This document shows, in pieces, positions 37,684 to 46,682 of a stretch of DNA of 64,000 nucleotides (position 1 is the first letter of the stretch; the number at the start of each line of letters is the position of its first letter). The notes under the pieces were generated by a model. The model ran no database searches, was not told where the DNA came from, and saw only the letters and a program-made list of their open reading frames with translations. The position numbers and the translations under genes were made by a program. The DNA is taken from NCBI GenBank assembly GCA_001825155.1, contig MHVH01000005.1:70413-134412 (forward strand), written 5' to 3'. Source of the DNA: Candidatus Zambryskibacteria bacterium RIFCSPHIGHO2_01_FULL_46_25 (GTDB lineage Bacteria; Patescibacteriota; Minisyncoccia; Phycocordibacterales; Zambryskibacteraceae).

Positions 37684-39338
37684 TTACGCTTGGTAAATTT
37701 GAGCGCCGCGACAACAAAAGCGGTAAAGAGCGGATGTGGATTCAAGGGACGAGCCTTGAATTCCGGATGGAACTGACTAGCTATGAAAAATGGGTGGGTC
37801 GAAACGGGCAATTCGGCAACTTCGCACAATCGACCATCTGGGGAGACGCCCGAGAACACCATGCCAGCCTTGGTAAGATTATCGACGTATTCAGGATTAA
37901 CCTCGTATCGATGCCTGTGCCTCTCAGAGATTTTTTTCTCACCATACGCTTTGGCTGCCAGACTTCCAGCTCTTAACACGGCAGGCCATTCACCCAGTCG
38001 CATACTGCCTCCGTAATTTGCCTGGGCAAGCTTATCCTTCTGCTCACTCATGATACCTATAACGGGATGCTTAGTGTCAGGGTCAACCTCTGTTGTATGA
38101 GCACCTTTGAGTCCAGCTTTATTCCTAGCGAACTCTATGACAGCGAGTTGCATACCGTAGCAAAGTCCAAGGTACGGAATTTTGTTTTCCCTAACATATT
38201 TGATAGCGCCTATAATCCCCTCAACTCCGGTAGAGCCGAAACCGCCCGGCACCACCACTCCCGCGTAATTTTTCAACTCAGAATATTTCCTCTTGCCAGT
38301 CTCATACTCCTTGGCGTTAATCCATTCGAGCTTTGGCTTCGCTCCACGCCAATAAGAAGAAAACTTAATAGCTTCGATTACTGAAACATAGGCATCCGCC
38401 AATACGAAATCACCGGTATCGAAGTATTTTCCGATTACCGCTATTTTAAGAATCTTTTTCGCTGACTTGGCTTTCGATACGAACTTTCTCCAGTTTTTCA
38501 AATCCTTTTGTCTAGGCTTTAAACCAAAGTGGGCAAGAATACGCTCACTTAACCCGTCGTTTTCGAAATTTACTGGCACATCATATATGCTCTCGATGTC
38601 CGGAGCGGCGATAATATCCTCTTCGGCAATACCTGTGGTCATGGAAATCTTTTCCTTCCTTTTCTTATCTATCGAGAGCTCGCTTCTCGCGATAATCATG
38701 TCGGTATTGATTCCGTATGAGGAAAGCTGTCTCACCGCGTTCTGCGTCAGTTTCGTCTTCATCTCGCCAATCTTGCCCGGTACGGGAAGATAGGAAACCA
38801 TGATGAACATTACGTCTCCAGGGTGGCGCATTTTGAGAAGTCTGGCCGCTTCGAGAAAAATGGCGTTTTGGTATTCTCCGATAGTGCCTCCTATTTCAAA
38901 CACGGTTATCTCAGCACCCGACTTCTTAACCGAAGCGTGAATGCGTTTGATAATCTCCTCGGTTACGTGGTAGACGGGCTCAACGCACTTGCCCTGGTAA
39001 CCTAGCGCTCGTTCGCGGTCTATGACACACTTGAGCACCATTCCATTGGTTAGATAATTTTCCTTGGGCATGTCTTTATTGAGGAAGCGTTCGTAGTTGC
39101 CCATGTCCTGGTCGGTCTCGAGACCGGAATCGAGTACGAAAACTTCTCCATGTTCAACTGGATTCATGGTCCCGGCATCCACGTTTAAATAAGGATCAGC
39201 CTTCATCAGGCTGACATTGAAACCCTTTGACTGGAGTATTGTGCCGATTGACGATGTGGTAACTCCCTTACCTACTCCGCTCATTACGCCTCCGACGACA
39301 AAAATATATTTTGGCCGGATTTCTTTCTTTCGCTTCAT
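37680..39338 (-). CDS. pyrG: CTP synthase
   Basis: GGVMSGVGKG, DPYLNVDAGTM, KTK.TQ, GLCYGMQ, QFHPE. Confidence 0.97.
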   Translation of the reverse strand: MKRKKEIRPKYIFVVGGVMSGVGKGVTTSSIGTILQSKGFNVSLMKADPYLNVDAGTMNPVEHGEVFVLDSGLETDQDMGNYERFLNKDMPKENYLTNGMVLKCVIDRERALGYQGKCVEPVYHVTEEIIKRIHASVKKSGAEITVFEIGGTIGEYQNAIFLEAARLLKMRHPGDVMFIMVSYLPVPGKIGEMKTKLTQNAVRQLSSYGINTDMIIARSELSIDKKRKEKISMTTGIAEEDIIAAPDIESIYDVPVNFENDGLSERILAHFGLKPRQKDLKNWRKFVSKAKSAKKILKIAVIGKYFDTGDFVLADAYVSVIEAIKFSSYWRGAKPKLEWINAKEYETGKRKYSELKNYAGVVVPGGFGSTGVEGIIGAIKYVRENKIPYLGLCYGMQLAVIEFARNKAGLKGAHTTEVDPDTKHPVIGIMSEQKDKLAQANYGGSMRLGEWPAVLRAGSLAAKAYGEKKISERHRHRYEVNPEYVDNLTKAGMVFSGVSPDGRLCEVAELPVSTHPFFIASQFHPEFKARPLNPHPLFTAFVVAALKFTKRK

Positions 39339-40237
39339 TCCGCTGATTTTAGCACACGAAGCCCGATAATTTCCATGAATATCTCTGGGTCTATAGATAT
39401 TCCGCCAATTCTAATCGAGAGGTGCAAGTGGGGCCCTAGAACATACCCCGTATCTCCCGTCTTGCCTATCTCCTCACCCTTATCCACATCCGCGCCCAGT
39501 GGGACGCCAATTTCGGAGAGATGCATATAAATAGTATGGAGACCCAAACCGTGGTCGATGATGATGGTATTGCCGTAATTTCTTAAAAACCGATTGAAAA
39601 CTATCTTGCCGAAATTCATCGCATACACCGGCGTGCCGACAGCGGCGCGAAAGTCGGTGCCCTTATGGCTAATACTCGAGGCGCCGGTAAGCCTCGAGTA
39701 ACCGTACGTGTCGGTAATGGTTATAGGCTCGTCTATCGGTAACCTGAATTCGCCTTCCCAGAGTTTCTCATCCTCCGTCGGCACAGCGCTTATAAGCTTG
39801 CCTTCTTCGACAAGAGTATTTATAAGCTCACGCTCCGCTTCAGGCGTGTCGCCACCGAGTTTTTCCGGAATGCCAAGAGGTGCTTTGGCTATGTAGCGCT
39901 CACCCACCGCGAGGCGGCTTGTGATGATTCTACCGTCGTTAAGGGTCAATACCATGGGCAATGAGCCAGACTTGCTTCGCAAGTCAAGACCTACGAGAGC
40001 CGAGAGTTTGCCGTCGTGGATGAAGGTTTTGAGCTCCTTATCATTCACTTTCAGAGACTTCGCGGTCGTAGTGCCGTGAATCTGTATAAGCACCGGGTCG
40101 CCTTGCTCGATTTTATCCGGCAGTATCGATATAGAAATTTCTTCCGCTATAGGTTGCTTGTCTTCACTTGGCGGTTTCACCGCCAAGTAGCCACCAATAC
40201 CCAAAATAATTATTACCAATATCAAAAGCAATCTCAT
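39335..40237 (-). CDS. M23 family peptidase
   Basis: HKGTD, YGN, YMHL, GPHLH. Confidence 0.92.
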   Translation of the reverse strand: MRLLLILVIIILGIGGYLAVKPPSEDKQPIAEEISISILPDKIEQGDPVLIQIHGTTTAKSLKVNDKELKTFIHDGKLSALVGLDLRSKSGSLPMVLTLNDGRIITSRLAVGERYIAKAPLGIPEKLGGDTPEAERELINTLVEEGKLISAVPTEDEKLWEGEFRLPIDEPITITDTYGYSRLTGASSISHKGTDFRAAVGTPVYAMNFGKIVFNRFLRNYGNTIIIDHGLGLHTIYMHLSEIGVPLGADVDKGEEIGKTGDTGYVLGPHLHLSIRIGGISIDPEIFMEIIGLRVLKSAE

Positions 40238-40332
40238 ATTTATAGTATAACGTTTCTATTTCAGATTTGACATAATTATAGTAAATATTGCATACTGCAA
40301 ACGCGGGTAAATCCGCAGAAAGGCAGCTCTTT

Positions 40333-40791
40333 ATGAGACTCAAGATTTCGCTTGTTGTGGAAGAGGAAGTGATGATTCCGCAGAATGAGAGCCCGGTTCT
40401 GCAGAATCCTGGGCTCTTCGGGAACAAGAGCGAGGTAGTCGCCAAAACGGTGAATTTCTTACGATGCGGTTGTCCGAGCGTCCAACTGATCTCAGGTAAC
40501 CCCTACAGCGAACAGTTAGCGAAGGATATGCTCGATAAATTTCAAGGCATGTTCTCGAGTCTCCAGAAGCCCGGTGAGCAGTTCGAAATCCAGGCACCGA
40601 GTGGCCGCTGGAGCCAGGAATCCATCATCACCATCACCCGCATCGTCGCGTCGGACAGAACCATTCCGCCACATCCGAACCTCATCGAAATCGAGCAAGC
40701 TGCCATCAAGCAGACTCTCGAAAGAGGACCCTGGACCCAGGAAGAAGCTGCGAGGGTTTTGAAAGACTTCCGAATGAAGATCAAGTGGTAA
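40333..40791 (+). CDS. Hypothetical protein with Fis-like HTH fragment, self-contained unit
   Basis: LIEIEQAAIKQTLERGPWTQEEAARVL; TTGACA at 40267; terminator 40811-40846. Confidence 0.6.
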   Translation: MRLKISLVVEEEVMIPQNESPVLQNPGLFGNKSEVVAKTVNFLRCGCPSVQLISGNPYSEQLAKDMLDKFQGMFSSLQKPGEQFEIQAPSGRWSQESIITITRIVASDRTIPPHPNLIEIEQAAIKQTLERGPWTQEEAARVLKDFRMKIKW

Positions 40792-40880
40792 CTCGACCTG
40801 ATTCAACTGAAGGGCGGCGCGAGGAGATACTCCTCCGCCGCCTTTTCTCATTCCCTTTTATTTTCTACGCAAAAACCAAC

Positions 40881-40918
40881 ATACATAATAAAAACGCTAT
40901 AGCGGAATTATTATGTAT
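40881..40918. repeat. Palindromic site A, downstream copy
   Basis: ATACATAATAAAAACGCTATAGCGGAATTATTATGTAT. Confidence 0.92.
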
Positions 40919-40928
40919 ATGAGGAAAG

Positions 40929-41498
40929 TTAATTTATCAAATCGAATTCCATGCGCAGATATTTATCATTCTCAATCTGGTCGGCGATTATGTAGAGCAA
41001 GTCGCGACCGATTCCGTAATCAGTTTTCAGCAAACCGATGACATCTTCGCAGTCATAAGGATAAACCCAGACACTATCTTGCAAGTGGTAAAATCCGGCT
41101 TGCTTGAATATTTCCCTCACCTCATCCCTAATCGCCTTCTTTCTTTCCGGAATATCGAAAATTATTACCCGCCACTTTTTATCCCACTTCTTCGGCTTTT
41201 TCAATTTAAAATCTTCTCTTCTCCAGCGTTCCAAGATTTCCTTACCATCTTTAGCCAACTCATAGTGTCCGTGCTCGAATTTAATTAACCCCTTGCTTCT
41301 CAGACGGCTTGCCGTTGATCTTATTACTTCGTTTTTCCGCGGAGAAGAAGGTAGGTCAAGATCAAGCAGAATATTCAAAACTCTAGGTACGAGAAGCGAA
41401 GCGCCCAGCCGGCCACCCGAAGCGACAGTGAGAAGTATTGCTTCTTGTATTTCCGTTCGCCTGATAATTTTCTTATTTTCTTCTTCCAGTTTCCCCAT
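40929..41498 (-). CDS. PaaX-like wHTH + Cas2-like domain protein (paralog A)
   Basis: RLRSKGLI...YELAKDG; WDKKWRVIIFDIPE; GFYHLQDSVWVYPYDC. Confidence 0.85.
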   Translation of the reverse strand: MGKLEEENKKIIRRTEIQEAILLTVASGGRLGASLLVPRVLNILLDLDLPSSPRKNEVIRSTASRLRSKGLIKFEHGHYELAKDGKEILERWRREDFKLKKPKKWDKKWRVIIFDIPERKKAIRDEVREIFKQAGFYHLQDSVWVYPYDCEDVIGLLKTDYGIGRDLLYIIADQIENDKYLRMEFDLIN

Positions 41499-41516
41499 AC
41501 TTACATTATAATCAAC

Positions 41517-41552
41517 TACATAATAAAAACGCTATAGCGTTTTTATTATGTA
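41517..41552. repeat. Palindromic site A, upstream copy (perfect 36-bp palindrome)
   Basis: TACATAATAAAAACGCTATAGCGTTTTTATTATGTA. Confidence 0.95.
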
Positions 41553-41603
41553 TATATGATTTGTGTCTCTTTTGCGAGATTTTGACATTGGTCAGACAAA
41601 ACG

Positions 41604-41632
41604 AAAAGCCGCCTCTAGACAGAGCGGCTTTT
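41604..41632. terminator. Terminator hairpin
   Basis: AAAAGCCGC...GCGGCTTTT. Confidence 0.75.
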
Positions 41633-41653
41633 CTTGTGGTTTGCAGAGTTATG

Positions 41654-42589
41654 TTATCTAAGTTGGAGTCGGAGTGTCGAGGTGGAGTTGCGCTTGCCTT
41701 GGTTGTCATTGTCGCGGTCATCATCATTTTTATCGTTGTCATCGTCTTTATTGTCATCATTCTCAATTTCAATTTCGGTTTCTGATTTCAGCTTCGTTTC
41801 GCCGTCATCCTTGATTTCGATCTTGAATTTGCCGTCTTCCTCCTTTACCTCTATGCGACCCTTGTTACCGGAAGTGTTTATTTTTATCTTGCCGGCTGAG
41901 GGTGATGTCGAAGCAGTCGAGGTGGCAGTTGAGCCCTTAATCTTCAGCATGAAGTCGCCATTTTTCTTGAGTTCGACCTTCACATCTTCGGCATTGACCA
42001 TGGTCTCAAGCCTCTCGATTACAGATTCGACCGCTGCCAGAGCTTGAGTATTGCCCTTGGCTTCGAGATCAGCGGCGACATCACTAAGGTAGGAGATAGC
42101 CACGTTTACTCCTACGGCCACTCTGCCGTCGGTATTCTTGGGAGTAGAGGTGGCGTTGGTCGAAGTAGCGGCTTGCGGTGAGTTTGTCGAACCCGTAGTC
42201 GTTGCCGATGCGGACAAACGCGCTCTAGAAATAAGTTTCTCAACCTCCTCAAGACGCTCTTCGGAGAATTTCACCTTGAGTTCGGCTTTGCCCTTACCGG
42301 AGAAAACCAAACGGACATTCTCGACGGCACGGTCCACCGGGAAGAGTATGTCGCCCGGGACGGCGCTGTTGGCTGCGACAGCCGTGCCACCGCTTATAAA
42401 CACCAGCATACCGATAAGTAATGGGATCATGTTTTTGTGGTTAGTTTGTAATGCGAATATTTGGAAGACCGAGCGCGACTCCATGCGCGAAGAAATTTCC
42501 GCCCACGTAGCATTGCTCTCGGATAACGAAAGGTTCCTGAATTTCAAGCTCTTCAAGATTTTTTCCGGGTTGTCAGTTTTCTTTTTCAT
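41654..42589 (-). CDS. DUF5667-like membrane protein, probable anti-sigma factor
   Basis: TM, SAVPGDILFPVDRAVE, ERLEE; overlaps 3' end of the ECF sigma gene. Confidence 0.75.
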   Translation of the reverse strand: MKKKTDNPEKILKSLKFRNLSLSESNATWAEISSRMESRSVFQIFALQTNHKNMIPLLIGMLVFISGGTAVAANSAVPGDILFPVDRAVENVRLVFSGKGKAELKVKFSEERLEEVEKLISRARLSASATTTGSTNSPQAATSTNATSTPKNTDGRVAVGVNVAISYLSDVAADLEAKGNTQALAAVESVIERLETMVNAEDVKVELKKNGDFMLKIKGSTATSTASTSPSAGKIKINTSGNKGRIEVKEEDGKFKIEIKDDGETKLKSETEIEIENDDNKDDDNDKNDDDRDNDNQGKRNSTSTLRLQLR

Positions 42590-43106
42590 ACTTTAGCAAT
42601 TCTCTTAACTTCGTTAACGCGCGATGGTGTCTGATCTTAATCGCGCCTTCCTTTTGTTCCAGAAAGCGGGCAATGATCTTGAACTCGAGACCCTCGAAAT
42701 ACCGAAGCCGAATCACTTCCCTGTCGATAGCGTTGAGCTTTTCAACCATATCAAGGACGAAGGCTATTTCGCCCGGATCTCTTGAGTCGGAATCGGGAAC
42801 AACGTCGGAGAGGTCTTCGAGAGATACGACGGGTTTAAAGAATCGATACAGCCGGGCGACTCTCCTCCTCGCTATGATGCAGAGGAAAGAGAAGAATTCG
42901 CCGTCGGAGGAGTACGAGAACTTGCCGCCGGAGAGAGCCTTCCAAAGGTCAATGTAGGTTTCCTGGAGAATATCGAGCGCTTCTTCACGGTTCCGCACTC
43001 TGGCTCTGATGAGCCGGAAGATGCCATCTTTGGTCTCTTCATAGAGCAGGCGGAAACACTCTTTGTCTCCGTCAACACATCCGTCTATCAGCCTTTGGAA
43101 TGTCAT
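42573..43106 (-). CDS. ECF sigma factor
   Basis: GDKECFRLLYE, EALDILQETY, REVIRLRYFEGL...IA...GAIKIRHHRA; ATG 43106. Confidence 0.9.
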   Translation of the reverse strand: MTFQRLIDGCVDGDKECFRLLYEETKDGIFRLIRARVRNREEALDILQETYIDLWKALSGGKFSYSSDGEFFSFLCIIARRRVARLYRFFKPVVSLEDLSDVVPDSDSRDPGEIAFVLDMVEKLNAIDREVIRLRYFEGLEFKIIARFLEQKEGAIKIRHHRALTKLRELLKYEKEN

Positions 43107-43120
43107 TGTGCCTTCTACCT

Positions 43121-43152
43121 TACTAATGTCCGGGGGTTTTGAAAAGGTTACA
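43121..43152 (-). promoter_or_regulatory. Candidate ECF-type autoregulatory promoter
   Basis: TGTAACC...CGGACATT upstream of the sigma gene (AAC-type -35). Confidence 0.45.
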
Positions 43153-43162
43153 TTGACAAAAC

Positions 43163-43390
43163 CTAGAAAATATTCTGCGGTAACCAGTCGAAGAGGCGCT
43201 TCCGATGCTGGTCGAGAGTCCACGCGCTCTTGCCTTTGAAAAGGGAGAGATGGGCTTCCTTGAACTTCTCAAGAAGCGTCAAGGTCGCGCGAGGATAGCC
43301 CTCGGGCATATTTTTGTTATAACTTTCTAGAAACTCCGTTTCTGTAAGCGGGATATCGTTCGGCACTATTCGTGAGGAGGTTTTCTTCAT
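43163..43390 (-). CDS. Small hypothetical protein
   Basis: 75 aa, leaderless TGGTATGAT-6-ATG. Confidence 0.7.
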   Translation of the reverse strand: MKKTSSRIVPNDIPLTETEFLESYNKNMPEGYPRATLTLLEKFKEAHLSLFKGKSAWTLDQHRKRLFDWLPQNIF

Positions 43391-43427
43391 CTACACATCA
43401 TACCATAAATGGATAGAAAATTCAACG

Positions 43428-44018
43428 CTACTTAAGAAGTTTCTCGAGTATCGGCTTAATTCTCTCGGCCATAAGCTTGTACCCCTCGTCATTCGGATGG
43501 AGGCTGTCGGACATAAGTTTCGAGTTTTCAAAAATATTTTCCAAAATATCCGGAACATAGGCGGCCTTTTTATTTACAGCTAAATTCTCGAATTCTTTGT
43601 CGAAATTGCTCCCGATGCCAACCAGAATCACAGCCGAGCCCCGGGCCTGTATCGCATCAACTATTTTACTTAAATTTCGGAATGTCTCTTCCGGTGGCAC
43701 ACTGGCAAGATAATCGTTGCCGCCAAGAAGCACAATAACTACTTTCGGCTCGTATTTGTCGAGCTCACTTATTCTCACTAGCGCGCCCAGAGTAGTGTCC
43801 CCGCTTACGCCCAGATTCACGATAGGTACATCGAGCTCTTCCGAGAGCATTGACACGAATCCGCCTGTCTTTGATGACCCGACACCCACCACGAGACTAT
43901 CGCCGAAAGCTACTACATCTGTGCCAGAAGAAGGATAGTTCCTAATGCCCGGCGCTCGATAATAAAAGAGTCCGGCAATCGCCACGGCGGCAAAGATTAT
44001 GAAAAATATCTTTTTCAT
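43428..44018 (-). CDS. SGNH/GDSL arylesterase
   Basis: FGDSL, GVSGDTT, GGND, DSLHPN. Confidence 0.92.
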   Translation of the reverse strand: MKKIFFIIFAAVAIAGLFYYRAPGIRNYPSSGTDVVAFGDSLVVGVGSSKTGGFVSMLSEELDVPIVNLGVSGDTTLGALVRISELDKYEPKVVIVLLGGNDYLASVPPEETFRNLSKIVDAIQARGSAVILVGIGSNFDKEFENLAVNKKAAYVPDILENIFENSKLMSDSLHPNDEGYKLMAERIKPILEKLLK

Positions 44019-45032
44019 TTATTTCACAAATACTTTAAGCGCGTTTATAAGGCTCGCGGATTTGAATACTTTCGGCAGTTCGCTCTGCCAGCCCACTTTC
44101 GAAGTATCTACGTCCGGCACAACGCCGTTGCCCTCGATTGGCTCGTTATCAGCACGTACGGTGAGATTGTTTACCAGAAGCAGAAGATACTTGGTCTCCG
44201 GGTCTATCTCGGTCGCCAAGGGATAAGTGTTCTCTATCGTGCCCCAACCCTTCGTGGTTACGCCGACACTCTTGGCCAGGCGATATTTCTTGAAGGCGTC
44301 TATGGTAAGTTCCGCCGTTGATTGGGTTGCGTTGTCGGAGAAGAAAGCGATTTCCTTGTACCGCTCGAAGTCCGGATATTTAGGCATAGTCGTTCTAATT
44401 ACTTTTTTCTCGCCATGAGAAAAGAGGTCGAAAGCATATTGGTCAGGTCCGATGAAGAGACCTAGGAACGCGGGCAGGAAGTCGAGCGAGCCGCCGATAT
44501 TGCCACGGAAATCGAATATTATCGAGTCCATGCCGGGCGTGGTCGAAGCTTTTGTAAGCGCGTTGCCGATTTCTTGTAACGTTGTCGGCGCGATTTGCTT
44601 CACGCCAAGATAAAGTGTTTTTCCCGCGATACGTGACTCGACCGTCGGTTCGACTTCTCCCGTTTCCGGATTCTTGTTGTTTACGACGTCTCGGAATTCT
44701 TTCTCCTGCTTGTCCGACAAGAGGCCATTCCTGCCCTTCGGCTCGAGATTGCTGAGAGTGGCTATGACAATGTTTAATGCCGTTTCTTTCTTGGTCGCGG
44801 TTGAGGTGGCGCGGCCGAGCTCCTCCTTGACTTGAGCAAGCGTATTGATTCTCTCGGTTGATGAGGCGACATTGCCCGCCCAGTAGTTCTCCTGGATTTT
44901 GTCGTATGCTTCCATGACGAAACTCGCGTAAACATCCTCGCCGGAAGCCCGCTCGACATAAATCTTGTAAGAATAGAATCCCGCTCCAGCAAGCGCCGCC
45001 GCCACAAGTAAGATGACTAGAAGTTTCTTCAT
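44019..45032 (-). CDS. S41 family peptidase
   Basis: DFRGNIGG, TQSTAE, TKGWG, EGNGVVPD. Confidence 0.8.
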   Translation of the reverse strand: MKKLLVILLVAAALAGAGFYSYKIYVERASGEDVYASFVMEAYDKIQENYWAGNVASSTERINTLAQVKEELGRATSTATKKETALNIVIATLSNLEPKGRNGLLSDKQEKEFRDVVNNKNPETGEVEPTVESRIAGKTLYLGVKQIAPTTLQEIGNALTKASTTPGMDSIIFDFRGNIGGSLDFLPAFLGLFIGPDQYAFDLFSHGEKKVIRTTMPKYPDFERYKEIAFFSDNATQSTAELTIDAFKKYRLAKSVGVTTKGWGTIENTYPLATEIDPETKYLLLLVNNLTVRADNEPIEGNGVVPDVDTSKVGWQSELPKVFKSASLINALKVFVK

Positions 45033-45400
45033 TCAACTATGAGTGCCCCCTTCATCCCCATGGCACGATGGTTGCCGACCGAGCAGTAGAATTCAAAGCT
45101 GCCTTTCTTGGTCGCGCGGAAGTCTATGGTCTCGCTCTGATTGGCTTGAAGCACTTGCGTTCTGGCGTCGAATTCGTCTATAACCCAATCATGCGTGCCC
45201 TGCTCGTTCTGGAACACGATTCTTACCGTATCCCCTTCCTTCACCCTAATCTCAGAAGGCGTGAAGGAGAACGGCTTGCCAACCACGACAAAGGTTTTCA
45301 CCTCTGAATCCATTAACACCAGTTCGGCGTCCTTGTTCATAATCTTGTAACCTCCCCAGAACACTAGCGCTAAGGCTATGATTATCAATATATATTTCAT
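45029..45400 (-). CDS. Cupredoxin-domain protein
   Basis: FSFTPSEIRV..GD, HDW, FYCSVGNHRAMGM (H/C/H/M Cu ligands). Confidence 0.9.
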   Translation of the reverse strand: MKYILIIIALALVFWGGYKIMNKDAELVLMDSEVKTFVVVGKPFSFTPSEIRVKEGDTVRIVFQNEQGTHDWVIDEFDARTQVLQANQSETIDFRATKKGSFEFYCSVGNHRAMGMKGALIVE

Positions 45401-45427
45401 ATAATTCATTATATCTAACTCTAAATT

Positions 45428-45940
45428 ATGATTGCAACAATTTTTCCACTTCTTGGCATCATGGCATTCCTTCTCCTTTGGATCCACTCGATGATGGGGG
45501 TCTTCGAGCCATGGCTAAGACCTCGGATGCCTTTCGACGCCTTCGTCCACTACACGGCGCTCATCATCCTCTTTTGCATTGTCCTCCATCCCCTTCTGCT
45601 CCTCATACTCATCGAGTTCAATTTCGCACTACTCTTCTCCGGCAATCCACTGGCAATATCTCTGGGTGTTGCCGGCTTCCTCCTCCTCATCACATACGAC
45701 ATTGGCAAGGCGCTCAAACGTAGGGAATTCTTCACCCGACACTGGAACACCATATTGCTCATAAGCACAATCGGATTTATCCTTACTTTCTTTCACTCCC
45801 TCATGCTCGGGAGCCACTTGCAGTCCGGCCCCTTGCGCGCGCTCTGGATTTTTTTCGGCACGACCGCCATCCTCGCCACCATTTATACGTATGGGGTGAA
45901 GAGGTTAAGATATAATCAAAACAATGAAAAAAGATTTTGA
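45428..45940 (+). CDS. Ferric-reductase-like membrane protein
   Basis: About 5 TMs with His residues (VHY, LHP, FFHS); divergent from the cupredoxin gene. Confidence 0.6.
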   Translation: MIATIFPLLGIMAFLLLWIHSMMGVFEPWLRPRMPFDAFVHYTALIILFCIVLHPLLLLILIEFNFALLFSGNPLAISLGVAGFLLLITYDIGKALKRREFFTRHWNTILLISTIGFILTFFHSLMLGSHLQSGPLRALWIFFGTTAILATIYTYGVKRLRYNQNNEKRF

Positions 45941-46337
45941 TAATTGGAATAGGCGGAAGAAGCAGCTCCACAATAGCGAAGTGATAATCGATGCTCATCC
46001 TCGTGAAGTTTGGTGGTGCTCATTCGGTGTAAACATCGGAGCTGAGACTGATGGCGGAGACAAAAATTTTGAAAGGCCTTGTTTGATTCTAAAAGTTTAT
46101 AACCGAGAAACCATGTTGGCCCTGCCTATTACTGGCAAAGCTAAGCCAGATGATTTTCATTACAAAATTATAGTTACTAGGAAAAAGCCTAACTCTGAAG
46201 AACTAGAGAAAAGAGATGCCTGGGTAAAGCTTACTCAGTCACGAGTGATCAGTAATAAAAGATTGCTTCGTAAAGTAGATATGATTCCTGAAGCGGAGTT
46301 TATTGAAATTAGAAACAGATTTCAAAAGTTCGTGTAA
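45924..46337 (+). CDS. PemK/MazF-like toxin (orphan)
   Basis: KDFDNWN, REVWWCSFGVNIGAE.DG, FERPCLILK, LPIT, LTQ.RVIS.KRL. Confidence 0.8.
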   Translation: MKKDFDNWNRRKKQLHNSEVIIDAHPREVWWCSFGVNIGAETDGGDKNFERPCLILKVYNRETMLALPITGKAKPDDFHYKIIVTRKKPNSEELEKRDAWVKLTQSRVISNKRLLRKVDMIPEAEFIEIRNRFQKFV

Positions 46338-46390
46338 AAACATCGGACCCCGCCATTGCTGGCGGGGTCCTCGGAGGCCGAAGCCCTAAT
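46336..46390 (-). ncRNA. Candidate ~55-nt small RNA convergent on the PemK-like gene
   Basis: Promoter TTGACT-16-TATACT (46397-46424); GGGC-UUCG-GCCU hairpin; 11-bp terminator stem 46345-46370. Confidence 0.5.
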
Positions 46391-46682
46391 GTAATTAGTA
46401 TAGACGTATCGGTTTAAAAGTCAATACGGGTGTGTATAAGCCAAAGGGACCCATTGCTGGGGCCCTAAAGCTAATGAAAGCCGCCGCACCGCAATTTAAG
46501 GAAAAGCAATTATGTACAGTATATCAGTATATTGTGCATTTGCGTTATAAGTTCCCGACCGTGAGGAGTTAACGTATGACAAATTTTCAAGACTTTTCAA
46601 CGGCTCACTCACTTGAGCCGTTCACACAATAAGCCTACGACCGTTTTCTTATTATGTGAAAAGCGAGGAAAGTCTTTGCTAA

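Noticed and set aside
41512-41772. 86-aa Met/Thr-rich ORF
   Set aside because: Alternate frame of the Asp/Asn low-complexity tail of the DUF5667-like gene, running through a terminator and palindrome
43107-43223. N-terminal extension of the ECF sigma factor
   Set aside because: Overlaps the upstream gene and the putative promoter; ATG 43106 fits sigma region 1.2/2
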